Shown: positions 1-11,204 of the stretch, in pieces
Layout: every line of letters starts with the position of its first letter
Numbering within the stretch: position 1 is the first letter of the stretch
NCBI GenBank assembly: GCA_002269645.1
Contig: NIVC01001171.1
Span: forward strand, 83,604 to 147,603
Source: Macrostomum lignano
Taxonomy: Eukaryota
Length of the DNA stretch: 64,000 bases
Direction of reading: 5' to 3'
The notes under the pieces: generated by a model
Told to the model about the DNA's origin: nothing
The model's input: the letters and a program-made list of their open reading frames with translations, nothing else
Database searches by the model: none
Made by a program: the position numbers and the translations under genes

Positions 1-200
1 CTCCCAGATCTCACTTTTCACTTACCTAGATCTCACCTTACTCCTAAATCTCACTCTTCACTCTCCCAGATCTCACTCTTCACTTACCTAGATCTCACTT
101 CGCTCCTAAATCTCACTCTCCACTCTCCTAGATATCACTTTTCATTCTCCTAGATATCACTTTTCATTCTCCTAGATCTCACTCTCCACTCCTAGATCTC
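1..200. repeat. Degenerate pyrimidine-rich tandem repeat (ctagatctcact core) upstream of the desaturase
   Basis: Recurrent (c/t)agatctcact(c/t)ttca motifs at roughly 20-bp spacing; truncated by the window start. Confidence 0.75.
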
Positions 201-274
201 GCTGTTCACCCCACCAACAGAGCGCTGACCAATACTGCCCCATATTCCCTCAGCAACAGCCGCCCACAGCCGCA

Positions 275-2037
275 ATGTCCAACGAGTTCAGCTGGGAGGA
301 GATCCGCAGCCACACGTCGCCAGACAGTCGCTGGCTAGTGGTTGACAACGCCGTATACGATGTGAGCCGGTGGGCGCAAAAGCACCCGGGCGGCAGTCGC
401 CTGCTGTCGCACTACGCTGGCCAAGACGCTACGGAAGCGTTTCGTGCTTTCCATCTCGACCAGTCGACCGTAGCCAAATGGTTGGCGCCATTGCGCATCG
501 GTCGAGTCTGTTCGAACGATCCCGAGCGTCTAGTTGCTATGCGAACCGATTTCGAACGCTTGCGCAAAGACGCGCAGGCTAGGGGCCTGTTCAAGCCCAG
601 CTTAGTGTTCTACGCCCTGATGCTGGCCCACATATTCGCATTGGAGGCCATTGCCTACGCCTGTCTGCGCTTCTGGGGCACCGGCTGGTTGCCTTACATT
701 GTGGCGCTGTGCCTGTACGCTACGGCGCAGAGTCAGGCTAGCTGGCTGCAGCACGACTTCGGGCACTTGTCGGTGTTTCACAATCGCCGATGGGACGGCT
801 GGCTGCACCAGCTCACTATGAGCTATTTCAAAGGCGCCTCAGCGCACTGGTGGAAGCATCTGCACTATCAGCATCATTCCAAGCCGAACGTTATGAATAA
901 AGATCCCGACGTTCGCATCCAGCCGCTGTTCGTTGTTGGGAAAACTATGCCGAAAGAGACTGCGGCTAATCCTAAAAGTCCATACGTGCCCTATCATTTC
1001 CAGCACAGGTATTTCTTTGCCATCGGACCGCCGCTGCTGTTCCCGGTGTACTTTCAAATTGCCACTTTCAGGCACGCCATTTCGCGTCGCTGCTACGTTG
1101 ATTTGGCCTGCATGGCCCTGTTCTTTGCCAAGATCGTTGTACTGTACCGGCCGCTGCTGGGTCTGGGCGGCGCTTTCCTTTATTACTTCCTGGTGCGGAT
1201 GATCGAGAGTCACTGGTGAGTGTCGTGTTTGTTAGTTTTGAATGTGTGCATGCCGATATTCTGTTATTAACTAGCATGTTATGTTCGATAGTTTACCTGC
1301 TAGACTGTTCACTGGTTAGATTATTTACCTTTAGATAGTTCACCGGTTAGATTGTTCACCTATTAGATTGTTCAACTGTTCGATTGTTCACCTATTAGAT
1401 TGTTCAACTGTTCGATTGTTCACCTGATAGATTGTTCACCTGTTAGATAGTTCACCGGTTAGATTGTTCACCTATTAGATTGTTCAACTGTTAGATAGTT
1501 CACCTGATATATTGTTCACCTGTTAGATTGTTCAACTTTTAGATAGTTAACCTGCTAACTAGTTCACCTGTTAGATAGTTCACTTGTTACTCGTAGATAG
1601 TTCACCAGTCAGATAGTTAACTATGTAGCTTAACCTTCTAGTACCTTCACCTGTTAGACAGCAGCTTCACCTCAACTTTCTCTGTCTCCAGGTTCACTTG
1701 GGTGTCGCAGAGCAACCACATCCCCATGGAGATTGAGCACGACCGCGCTGAGCCTTGGCTGGCCCTTCAGCTGCACGCCACCTGCGACATCGAGAAGTCG
1801 CCATTCAACGATTGGTTCACCGGACACCTGAACTTTCAAATCGAGCACCACCTGTTCCCAACAATGCCGCGTCATAACTATTACAAAATCCAGCCGGATG
1901 TGCAACACCTGTGCCAAAAGTACGGCATCCGGCACGAGATTAAGCCGCTGTGGCGAGCCTTCTGCGACGTTATCGGATCGCTGCGCCACTCTGGCGAAAT
2001 CTGGCACGCGGCTTATCACGCCCATCATATGGACTAA
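275..2037 (+). CDS. FADS2: Front-end (delta-5/6/8-type) fatty acid desaturase with N-terminal cytochrome b5 domain, 2 exons, 428 aa
   Basis: Exons 275-1215 and 1692-2037; phase-2 intron TG|GTGAG...CCAG|G restores ESHW-FTWVSQ. Motifs: HPGG (cyt b5), HDFGH, HYQHH, QIEHH. Symbol denotes the family; positional specificity cannot be read from sequence. Confidence 0.95.
1290..1665. repeat. Degenerate minisatellite filling the desaturase intron
   Basis: Repeated gat(t/a)gttcacctgtta-type units. Confidence 0.85.
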
Positions 2038-2420
2038 GGCTGCAGTGTTCGATTGTCTACTGTCAGTAGCTGATCGGCACATCGGGTGGACTACTTGAGG
2101 AGATATTTTATTGTTTCACGCATCATTTCGTGTGCTGTCATGTTTGTGGATTATATTAATTAATATACATATAAGTAATATTATGGAACTCAGCGTCGAA
2201 CTTTATTTTTGTTGGACTATGAGCCAATTTGATATGCCGTTCATTTATTGATTTTGCAAACTTATTCTGTTATGTGTCTCATCTTTGTCATTTTTATTCT
2301 GTCGCAATCGGATGCTAAATAGGTTATTATTATAGCTTAAGTTTTCTTGCTTTTGTTTTCTGTATTTTGACATCCGCATTCTTGTGCGTCTCTACAAATG
2401 CTTTGCTAGCCTGATGTATG

Positions 2421-2426
2421 AATAAA
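2421..2426 (+). terminator. Candidate polyadenylation signal (AATAAA) of the desaturase
   Basis: AATAAA about 385 nt after the stop, in an AT-rich 3' region followed by a T-rich tract. Confidence 0.55.
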
Positions 2427-2529
2427 TATTAATTTAATTTTTCCCCGATTTTAAATATATTGTTGAGCGTGTTTCCGGCAAATCCAGGCATCGGAGAAAG
2501 CTCGAGGTCTATATGTACATTCGGAAAGA

Positions 2530-3215
2530 TATTGAGCCAGTGAATCTGTATTCTAAATGTACATTAGGGGAAGAGATTGAGCCAGTGAATCTGTATTCTA
2601 AATGTACATTAGGGGAAGAGATTGAGCCAGTGAATCTGTGGTCTAAATGTACATTAGGGGAAGAGATTGAGCCAGTGAATCTGTATTCTAAATGTACATT
2701 AGGGGAAGAGATTGAGCCAGTGAATCTGTGGTCTAAATGTACATTAGGGGAAGAGATTGAGCCAGTGAATCTGTATTCTAAATGTACATTAGGGGAAGAG
2801 ATTGAGCCAGTGAATCTGTGGTCTAAATGTACATTAGTGGAAGAGATTGAGCCAGTGAATCTGTGGTCTAAATGTACATTAGGGGAAGAGATTGAGCCAG
2901 TGAATCTGTGGTCTAAATGTACATTAGGGGAAGAGATTGAGCCAGTGAATCTGTGGTCTAAATGTACATTAGGGGAAGAGATTGAGCCAGTGAATCTGTG
3001 GTCTAAATGTACATTAGGGGAAGAGATTGAGCCAGTGAATCTGTGGTCTAAATGTACATTAGGGGAAGAGATTGAGCCAGTAAATCTGTATTCTAAATGT
3101 ACATTAGGGGAAGAGATTGAGCCAGTGAATCTGTGGTCTAAATGTACATTAGGGGGAAGAGATTGAGCCAGTGAATCTGTGGTCTAAATGTACATTAGGG
3201 GGAAGAGATTGAGTT
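2530..3215. repeat. 45-bp minisatellite, ~15 copies
   Basis: Unit gagccagtgaatctgt(att/ggt)ctaaatgtacattaggggaagagatt; produces the artefactual ORF 2513-3166. Confidence 0.97.
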
Positions 3216-3979
3216 AATCACTTAAACCAGTGCTTATTAGCTCTTTAACAGATAGATCTCTAATATATAACTGATAGACCTTAAAATTGGTGAAATTGCC
3301 AACTGACATTGTTTTGATAATTATTGACAATTTATTTCAGCTTTTTTATTCAAATTGCGGCCATTTTTATACTTAAAAAGAGTTTAAAAATTTCTGCACT
3401 CTTAGCCACGATTTTTTTCTGCTTTTTAATCGTAAAATCTACCCCTATAAACTCTTGTGCACCTACTTTGCCGCTGCTGAAACTCAAAATCTAACATGCA
3501 GATGCGCCATTCCGATCTGTCTTGGGGCGTTTTTTAACTTTGTTTTCTTTACTTATTGCTGCTAATCTTTAGTTTGAATTTTTTTGTTAAAAATCACTTC
3601 GTTAGAGACTATCCCAGTGTCATTAAATTATTTTATATTTATTTTATTTGTCATATTTAGCCTTGACTGTTGTCATTTGTACTTAAATTGATGAATATAT
3701 AAACGCTTCTATTTTGTTTACTGTTGGTGAGCTTCTCCCTTTTATTGCACTTTTATTGTATACTCGCATATACTAGTATCAATAACGCTTATGCGCTTTT
3801 ACACAGCATACGCTAAGGAAGGTGTTGCACTTCTAAATGCTTTTGTTGAAATTTAAGAAGCAATCATGTTTATATTGAGGCTGACTTACTGATACCTTAT
3901 TTAAAGTACTTCATGTACCTAATTGATTATGCAGAGCGATTTCAATTTTTATTTCAGTTTTCAAAAGGTTTATTGGTCT

Positions 3980-4792
3980 GGTCAGGATTGGGTAGGCTAG
4001 AGTGTCTGATTGGTCAGGATGGGGTAGGCTAGAGTGTCTGATTGGTCAGGATGGGGTAGGCTAGAGTGTGTCTGATTGGTCAGGATGGGGGTTGGCTAGA
4101 GTGTCTGATTGGTCAGGATGGGGGTTGGCTAGAGTGTCTGATTGGTCAGGATGGGGGTTGGCTAGAGTGTCTGATTGGTCAGGATGGGGTAGGCTAGAGT
4201 GTGTCTGATTGGTCAGGATGGGGGTTGGCTAGAGTGTCTGATTGGTCAGGATGGGGTAGGCTAGAGTGTCTGATTGGTCAGGATTGGGTAGGCTAGAGTG
4301 TGTCTGATTGGTCAGGATTGGGTAGGCTAGAGTGTCTGATTGGTCAGGATGGGGTAGGCTAGAGTGCGTCTGATTGGTCAGGATTGGGTAGGCTAGAGTG
4401 TGTCTGATTGGTCAGGATTGGGTAGGCTAGAGTGCGTCTGATTGGTCAGGATTGGGTAGGCTAGAGTGTGTCTGATTGGTCAGGATTGGGTAGGCTAGAG
4501 TGTGTCTGATTGGTCAGGATTGGGTAGGCTAGAGTGCGTCTGATTGGTCAGGATGGGGTAGGCTAGAGTGTGTCTGATTGGTCAGGATTGGGTAGGCTAG
4601 AGTGTGTCTGATTGGTCAGGATGGGGTAGGCTAGAGTGTATCTGATTGGTCAGGATGGGGTAAGCTAGAGTGTGTCTGATTGGTCAGGATTGGGTAGGCT
4701 AGAGTGTGTCTGATTGGTCAGGATGGGGTAGGCTAGAGTGTGTCTGATTGGTCAGGATGGGGTAGGCTAGAGTGTGTCTGATTGGTCAGGAT
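3980..4792. repeat. 32-35-bp minisatellite carrying a CCAAT box (family A, array 1)
   Basis: Unit tctgattggtcaggat(g/t)gggtaggctagagtgtg. Confidence 0.97.
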
Positions 4793-5517
4793 TTCTATTA
4801 TATTCATTTATATCAAACGGCTTTGATATAATTACTTGGGATGGCAATTTTACTAATTGATATAAAAGCAAGAATTGTATTTTAATATCTATACTGCACC
4901 TTTATTCAAAGTACTTAATGCTTCTATGTGATGATATATTGTGAGTCTATGTATTGCAATTTTGCCAATAATCATTTTTTGCAGGCATGAGAATAAGCTC
5001 GCTTTTAGACATAAATCGCTCAGTTACAATCGTACCCATATACACGATCGTCTATATTCGGGTTTTGTATTGAAGAAGTTATTTTTATTCGTAATTTAAA
5101 TATTTTTTCTATCAGCTTTTTATCTGTTTAGTGTTGAATTTAGCAAGGCAAAAAGCACATCTTTATCTTGTCCTGCATAACCCAACTATTGAGAATAACT
5201 GCTTTGATTAAGTGTTACATTTGCTTGCTTTTGCCATTGGTATTCAAAATTGATTGCTTAGTATTTACTGTTAGTAGTATTTTGTCAATTTATTTTTAAG
5301 TGGCGCTGCTTCTACAGTGGTTTGTAGTCTATTATTACACCTGTACCCTGCCCCAATTGTTATTGTTCAGTTTTCAATCTGGTTTAATAATATAATAAAC
5401 ATCTAGCTGCTAACTGTCGCTACGAACTTATCCTTTGCGATCAAGTAGAAAATTTTGTAATTGATATGCTTATCATATCCGGCTGATAGGGTCGTGTCAG
5501 TATTAGAGTGTGGTGAT

Positions 5518-6736
5518 GTCTGATTGGTCAGAATGGGTAGGCTAGAGTGCCTGATTGGTCAGGATGGGGTAGGCTAAAGTGTGTCTGATTGGCCACGATG
5601 GGGTAGGCTAAAGTGTGTCTGATTGGTCAGGATGGGGTAGGCTAGAGTGTCAGATTGGTCAAGATGGGGTTGGCTAGAGTGTCAGATTGGTCAAGATGGG
5701 GTTGGCTAGAGTGTCAGTTTGGTCAGGATGGGGTTGGCTAGAGTGTCAGATTGGTCAGGATGGGGTAGGCTAGAGTGTGCCTGATTGGTCAGGATGGGGT
5801 AGGCTAGAGTTGCCTGATTGGTCAGGATGGGGTAGGCTAGAGTGTGCCTGATTGGTCAGGATGGGGTAGGCTAGAGTGTGCCTGATTGGTCAGGATGGGG
5901 TAGGCTAGAGTGTGCCTGATTGGTCAGGATGGGGTAGGCTAGAGTGTGTCTGATTGGTCAGGATGGGGTAGGCTAGAGTGTGCCTGATTGGTCAGGATGG
6001 GGGTAGGCTAGAGTGTGCCTGATTGGTCAGGATGGGGGTAGGCTAGAGTGTGCCTGATTGGTCAGGATTGGGTAGGCTAGAGTGTGTCTGATTGGTCAGG
6101 ATTGGGTAGGCTAGAGTGTGTCTGATTGGTCAGGATGGGGGTAGGCTAGAGTGTGCCTGATTGGTCAGGATTGGGTAGGCTAGAGTGTGTCTGATTGGTC
6201 AGGATGGGGGTAGGCTAGAGTGTGCCTGATTGGTCAGGATTGGGTAGGCTAGAGTGTGTCTGATTGGTCAGGATGGGGGTAGGCTAGAGTGTGTCTGATT
6301 GGTCAGGATTGGGTAGGCTAGAGTGTGTCTGATTGGTCAGGATGGGGGTAGGCTAGAGTGTGTCTGATTGGTCAGGATTGGGTAGGCTAGAGTGTGCCTG
6401 ATTGGTCAGGATGGGGGTAGGCTAGAGTGTGTCTGATTGGTCAGGATTGGGTAGGCTAGAGTGTGTCTGATTGGTCAGGATGGGGGTAGGCTAGAGTGTG
6501 TCTGATTGGTCAGGATTGGGTAGGCTAGAGTGTGTCTGATTGGTCAGGATTGGGTAGGCTAGAGTGTGCCTGATTGGTCAGGATGGGGGTAGGCTAGAGT
6601 GTGTCTGATTGGTCAGGATTGGGTAGGCTAGAGTGTGTCTGATTGGTCAGGATGGGGGTAGGCTAGAGTGTGTCTGATTGGTCAGGATTGGGTAGGCTAG
6701 AGTGTGCCTGATTGGTCAGGATGGGGGTAGGCTAGT
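5518..6736. repeat. 32-35-bp minisatellite (family A, array 2)
   Basis: Same unit as 3980-4792. Confidence 0.97.
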
Positions 6737-6899
6737 CTCTAAAGTTCCGTCGACAAACTGATCGTTGTTATAAAAGTATGTTAGCTTAGTATCGTTTACT
6801 AAATCATATTGCATGCTCAGGTGCATCTCTGCCCATTTGGCAGCAGCTTGAATTTGTACTCAAGAGTGAGAGAGGGTGTACACCTAGCTACTTACCCGA

Positions 6900-7316
6900 A
6901 TGGACTCAAAGCCTAGCGGCCAACAGCAGCAGCGCCAGCCAACCTCACTTGCCAGCGGCAGCGGCGGCCTCTTTAACTGGCTATTCGGCCTGAATCCGGA
7001 CAGCTATCCCCGCTCGGTGAATTATTATTCCAGCTACGCCAGCGAAACCGCCCCGCCCTCGGCTGATGCAGGCGTGCCCACTACTGTTAGTAGTAGAGAC
7101 AGCAGCGATTCGCCTAACTATTCACTTCCGGCCACTGCATCCAGCGCCTCTCCTATACTACTGAGCCAGATGACGTCAGCCGCTCAGTCACCTTTAATTA
7201 GCATTCACGGCGGCGACGAGTCTTTGAAATCGGCCGCCGAACTGTTCGGCGCTCGCCGACGTCGCGACTCGGAAATGTTTCGCGATTTGAACGCTAATGC
7301 GCCCAATAATTTCTAG
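6900..7316 (+). CDS. Hypothetical 138-aa Ser/Ala/Pro-rich protein, no recognised family
   Basis: ATG-started ORF in a GC-rich island between AT-rich or repetitive DNA, with in-frame stops upstream; no domain recognised; could be part of a spliced gene (ctcag acceptor at 6820). Confidence 0.35.
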   Translation: MDSKPSGQQQQRQPTSLASGSGGLFNWLFGLNPDSYPRSVNYYSSYASETAPPSADAGVPTTVSSRDSSDSPNYSLPATASSASPILLSQMTSAAQSPLISIHGGDESLKSAAELFGARRRRDSEMFRDLNANAPNNF

Positions 7317-8084
7317 GCGTAACTGATCGTACGGTGGGGTAGCGGGTTCAGAAGTAACGAGAATTTCGTTCTGCATGAGTAACCTAAATCGAATCTATCA
7401 GCCTGTATGCATCAGTGATGACTCTACATGACAGTCCAGACCTCAAGATAAAAATATTACAACAGTTTTTTGTCGGCTTGTTCTCTAGACCTGAAAAAAC
7501 GTTGAGAACTTTACTGACTAGACTAAAAAGTGCTTATAAGTGAGGCTATGGAACTTTTGACACAACAAATAGATTGTCATGGACAGAAACTTTTCATTAT
7601 CATGGCGCCGGTCTGGGTTGGCAAACTTCGGCCCGCGAAGCCTCTCTATCCGGTCCTCGTGTCCTTTGTAACTTCACAATAGCAATCTTCTCTCTCCTCT
7701 CTTCTCCCCTCTCCTATTTCATCAATTCTCTCCTTTTGTCCTCTGTCTTCTCAGGTTCTCTATCTGGCTTTTGCCGACCCCTGATGTCACCGATGCATGC
7801 AGGCGAGTTGCCATCCATTGGGTGATCATGGTAGTACCGGTTTTTCTGTCTATTCTAAAGGCTATTCTTAATTCTACTATATTTTATTTTATATACTCTG
7901 CGCTATCTAATGACGAAATTTCTGTGTCCGCTATGTTTAGTTTTTCAGGCCGCGCTATACTTTCTACTTATATCAGTAGACGAACTCGGACATACATCCT
8001 TTAGTGTTGTAGTTAGCCAAGCACAAAGAAGAAGTAAAAAGAAGGATATCACCAATCCGGTATACTTGGCAACTCGAATGGATC

Positions 8085-8272
8085 AGCCCATGAAGGCCAA
8101 CCCCCCCCCCTAAGGCACAGAGAGTGTACATGCCTGACGATCAGAAAGTCAGGGCCGCTGTACACCCTGTGTGAGCGTGTGTGAGAGCGTGCCTGCGTAC
8201 AGTATTGGCGCGCTTGTATTGTGCTCAGGAGTCAGCGGAATGGGCAGAATTGCCGTCAGCTCTGGTTTTGAG
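8085..8272 (+). mobile_element. SINE family 1, body fragment
   Basis: gagagtgtacatgcctgacgatcagaaagtcagggccgctgtacac...gtacagtattggcgcgcttgta...gtcagcggaatgggcagaa recurs at about 29613-29920, 36490-36778, 47640-48240 and 57355-57485. Confidence 0.85.
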
Positions 8273-8839
8273 ACGATGTCGTCTAAGGCGTTGCGCCAGG
8301 GTGCAATTTATTATGGGGATTATGCTCGTAAATTTACTTGAAGTTCACAGACCACGGACCAAAGCTACATTAAATTTGCGATAAGACCCATCTGCGATGT
8401 GTGTAATCATTTTTTCGCTTTTTAAATCGCTTTATATTCGAGTTGATCGTGAGTTAAACGTGTAAACAAGCGCGTATTATATTCGCATAATAATATTTCA
8501 TAATTGCGAGTCATCGTTTTGTACAGCAAACTAAGTACATCGCAACCTCTGCTGCGTGCACTGTAGGTCGCTTTAAATCTTGTGATATTATATAGCAAGC
8601 ACCATTGAGTAACTCTTAATAGTAGTTAAGCTCCTCAATACAGTAATTATTGTAATTTTATCCATGCTATCAAAACATTTATGCTTGTAAAAATAAACAT
8701 TTTCGAGTCATTTTACATTATTCTAGATATTCTGTTCATTTTGGTTGTTTCAATTGCTCCGTCATACAAAATTAAATCTCCTGATTGGCCACAGTCTTGT
8801 CTTATCTTTCCTAACTGATTACCTTCCTTCCCCTGGACC

Positions 8840-9790
8840 TCTGATTGGCTGCAATCTCCCCTACCTCAATTCTTCTGATTGGCTGCAATCTTTCTCCCCC
8901 CCCTCTAGTGCCTCTGATTAACTGCAATCTCCCCCCCCCTTAGTGCCTCTGATTAGCTGCAATCTCCCCCCTTTAGTGCCTCTGATTAACTGCAATCTCC
9001 CCCCCTTAGTGCCTCTGATTAGCTGCAATCTCCCCCCTTTAGTGCCTCTGATTGGCTGCAATCTCCCCCATAGTGCCTCTGATTAACTGCAATCTCCCCC
9101 CTTAGTGCCTCTGATTGGCTGCAATCTCCCCATAGTGCCTCTGATTAACTGCAATCTCCCCCCTTAGTGCCTCTGATTGGCTGATATCCCCCTAGTGCCT
9201 CCGATTGGCTGCAATCTCCCCCCCTTAGTGCCTCTGATTGGCTGCAAGCTCCCCCTTAGTGCCTCTGATTGGCTGATATCCCCCCTAGTGCCTCCGATTG
9301 GCTTAAATCTCCTTCCCCTTAGTGCCTCTGATTGGCTGATATCTCCTTCCCCTTAGTGCCTCTGATTGGCTGATATCCCCCCTAGTGCCTCCGATTGGCT
9401 GCAATCTCCCCCCCCTTAGTGCCTCTGATTGGCTGCAAGCTCCCCCTTAGTGTCTCTGATTGGCTGATATCCCCCCTAGTGCCTCCGATTGGCTGCAATC
9501 TCCCTCCCCCTTAGTGCCTCTGATTGGCTGCAAGCTCCCCCTTAGTGCCTCTGATTGGCTGATACCCCTCCTAGTGCCTCCGATTGGCTTCAATCTCCTT
9601 CCCCTTAGTGCCTCTGATTGGCTGATATCTCCTTCCCCTTAGTGCCTCTGATTGGCTGATATCCCCCCTAGTGCCTCCGATTGGCTGCAATCTCCCCCCT
9701 TATTGTCTCTGATTGGCTGCAAGCTCCCCCTTAGTGCCTCTGATTGGCTGCAATCTCCCCCCTCAGTGCTTCTGATTGGCTGCAATCTTT
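8840..9790. repeat. ~30-bp minisatellite with CCAAT box, immediately upstream of the 9997 gene
   Basis: Unit ctctgattggctgcaatctccccccttagtgc with length-variable C-run. Confidence 0.95.
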
Positions 9791-9996
9791 GCTGCTCTAA
9801 TTGGCTGTACTTCCCACCTTCCCATCCAAGCCTGTGATTGGCTATGGCATTTCTCTCCCTCTTCCAAGCCGCCGCCTTTCCTTTCCCCTCCATGCCCCTC
9901 CAGCCAATCTAAAAGTGCAGTGTAGTACACTGAAAACACTCGCGGCGCCAATCCAATGCATGCGGCTTGCCTCGGCCGTCAAGCAGCTGCGCCGAC

Positions 9997-11100
9997 ATGC
10001 AGCTTAGCCGATGGCCGCTGCCTCCGCCCGCACTGCTGTTGCTTTTGCTGACCAGTTTGCGGTCCAACTGCATGGTCGCCGCCGCAGAGTCCACCGCTAT
10101 TGAATTTGAAATCGCCGCCTCCGACGCGGCAATGTCGGAGCTGACAGCCCAGTCTGGATCTGGCGGCAGTCGATCAGTTGACCAAATCCTGCAACTGTGC
10201 ATGCGCCAATCGCCCGAACTGTTCTGCGCCTGGTTCTCCTTTCGAGTCAGTCGATACCCGACTGGGCACAGTTTCCCCAATTCGTCTTCAATGCTTTCGT
10301 ATAGTGACGAGTTTCTGTTCACCTGCTTCAACGAAGTGAAGTTCGGCTGCAATCGCAATGCAAAATGTGCACCTAGTCGGCGTCTTGTCGGCCTTGACGT
10401 CACCCACGAGTGCTACTGTTCCTGCGCCTTCTTCGGCAGTAACAAAGGCTTCAATCGCTACTTTCAGAAGCAGATGAAGCGACAGCAATTACCAACCAAT
10501 GGCTATAGCGGCGACATTGGCCGGGTCTATCAGTGCTCCAGCCTGTGCGACCATCAGCCTGTCTGTATGAATAGCTTCGACGAATCGCCGGCGATCTGCA
10601 GCATCTACGACAGGCACGCCTCCAGCCCGTGGTCCGTGGCCTCCCTGACCCTGGGCATCGCGGCCGTGCTTGTCACCCTGTCCTATCTGTTGAACGCCGT
10701 GCTGAAAGGCCTGCTAATGTCCGTCTGTCCGAAGTGGCGCCGTTTGCGCCGCTTGTTCCGTCGCTGCTCCCCGTTCGGTCGTGCAAGGCGAAGCAACCGC
10801 AGCAGGCGCGACAACGAAGGCGAAGCCGACGAGGTCCAGGCGGATGAGGCGGAGGAGGAGGAGGAGTTCGACAGCGCCGAGCCAGAACCGACGGCGCGTC
10901 GGCAACTGGAGCCGTCGATGATGATGCCGCTGCGTTTGCTCAGACCGGCGCCAGTCGCTCCGCCGCCCTATGAGGCAGCCGTGGCCCAGTCAGATGCCGC
11001 TTCAACAATGATTCCACTAGCCCCGCCTCCGCCTTACACAGAGCGGGATCAAAATAATGATGGTAGTAGCAGTCTTGTCACTGCTGGATCTACCTGGTGA
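9997..11100 (+). CDS. Type I membrane protein: signal peptide, Cys-rich ectodomain with divergent LDLa-like module, TM helix, cytoplasmic tail with two PPxY motifs (367 aa)
   Basis: First ATG 9997; hydrophobic N-terminus (PALLLLLLTSL); CYCSC; C-x3-CD-x4-C-x4-DE-x4-C; TM SVASLTLGIAAVLVTLSYLLNAVL followed by a basic patch; APPPY and PPPPY. A GTGAGT donor overlaps the stop, so the C-terminus may be spliced. Confidence 0.85.
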   Translation: MQLSRWPLPPPALLLLLLTSLRSNCMVAAAESTAIEFEIAASDAAMSELTAQSGSGGSRSVDQILQLCMRQSPELFCAWFSFRVSRYPTGHSFPNSSSMLSYSDEFLFTCFNEVKFGCNRNAKCAPSRRLVGLDVTHECYCSCAFFGSNKGFNRYFQKQMKRQQLPTNGYSGDIGRVYQCSSLCDHQPVCMNSFDESPAICSIYDRHASSPWSVASLTLGIAAVLVTLSYLLNAVLKGLLMSVCPKWRRLRRLFRRCSPFGRARRSNRSRRDNEGEADEVQADEAEEEEEFDSAEPEPTARRQLEPSMMMPLRLLRPAPVAPPPYEAAVAQSDAASTMIPLAPPPPYTERDQNNDGSSSLVTAGSTW

Positions 11101-11204
11101 GTACGGCTGGTAATGTACATGTAGATATGCTTGGGTTTGTGCTTTCGAAATTCATTCGATAATTATTCGACAAATAAGACGACAGGTTGGAAATGTCTCT
11201 TGGA

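Noticed and set aside
7610-7820. Possible hAT-like MITE (ggttggcaaacttcggcccgcg ... agttgccatcc)
   Set aside because: Inverted match is only about 11 bp and imperfect, with no target-site duplication.
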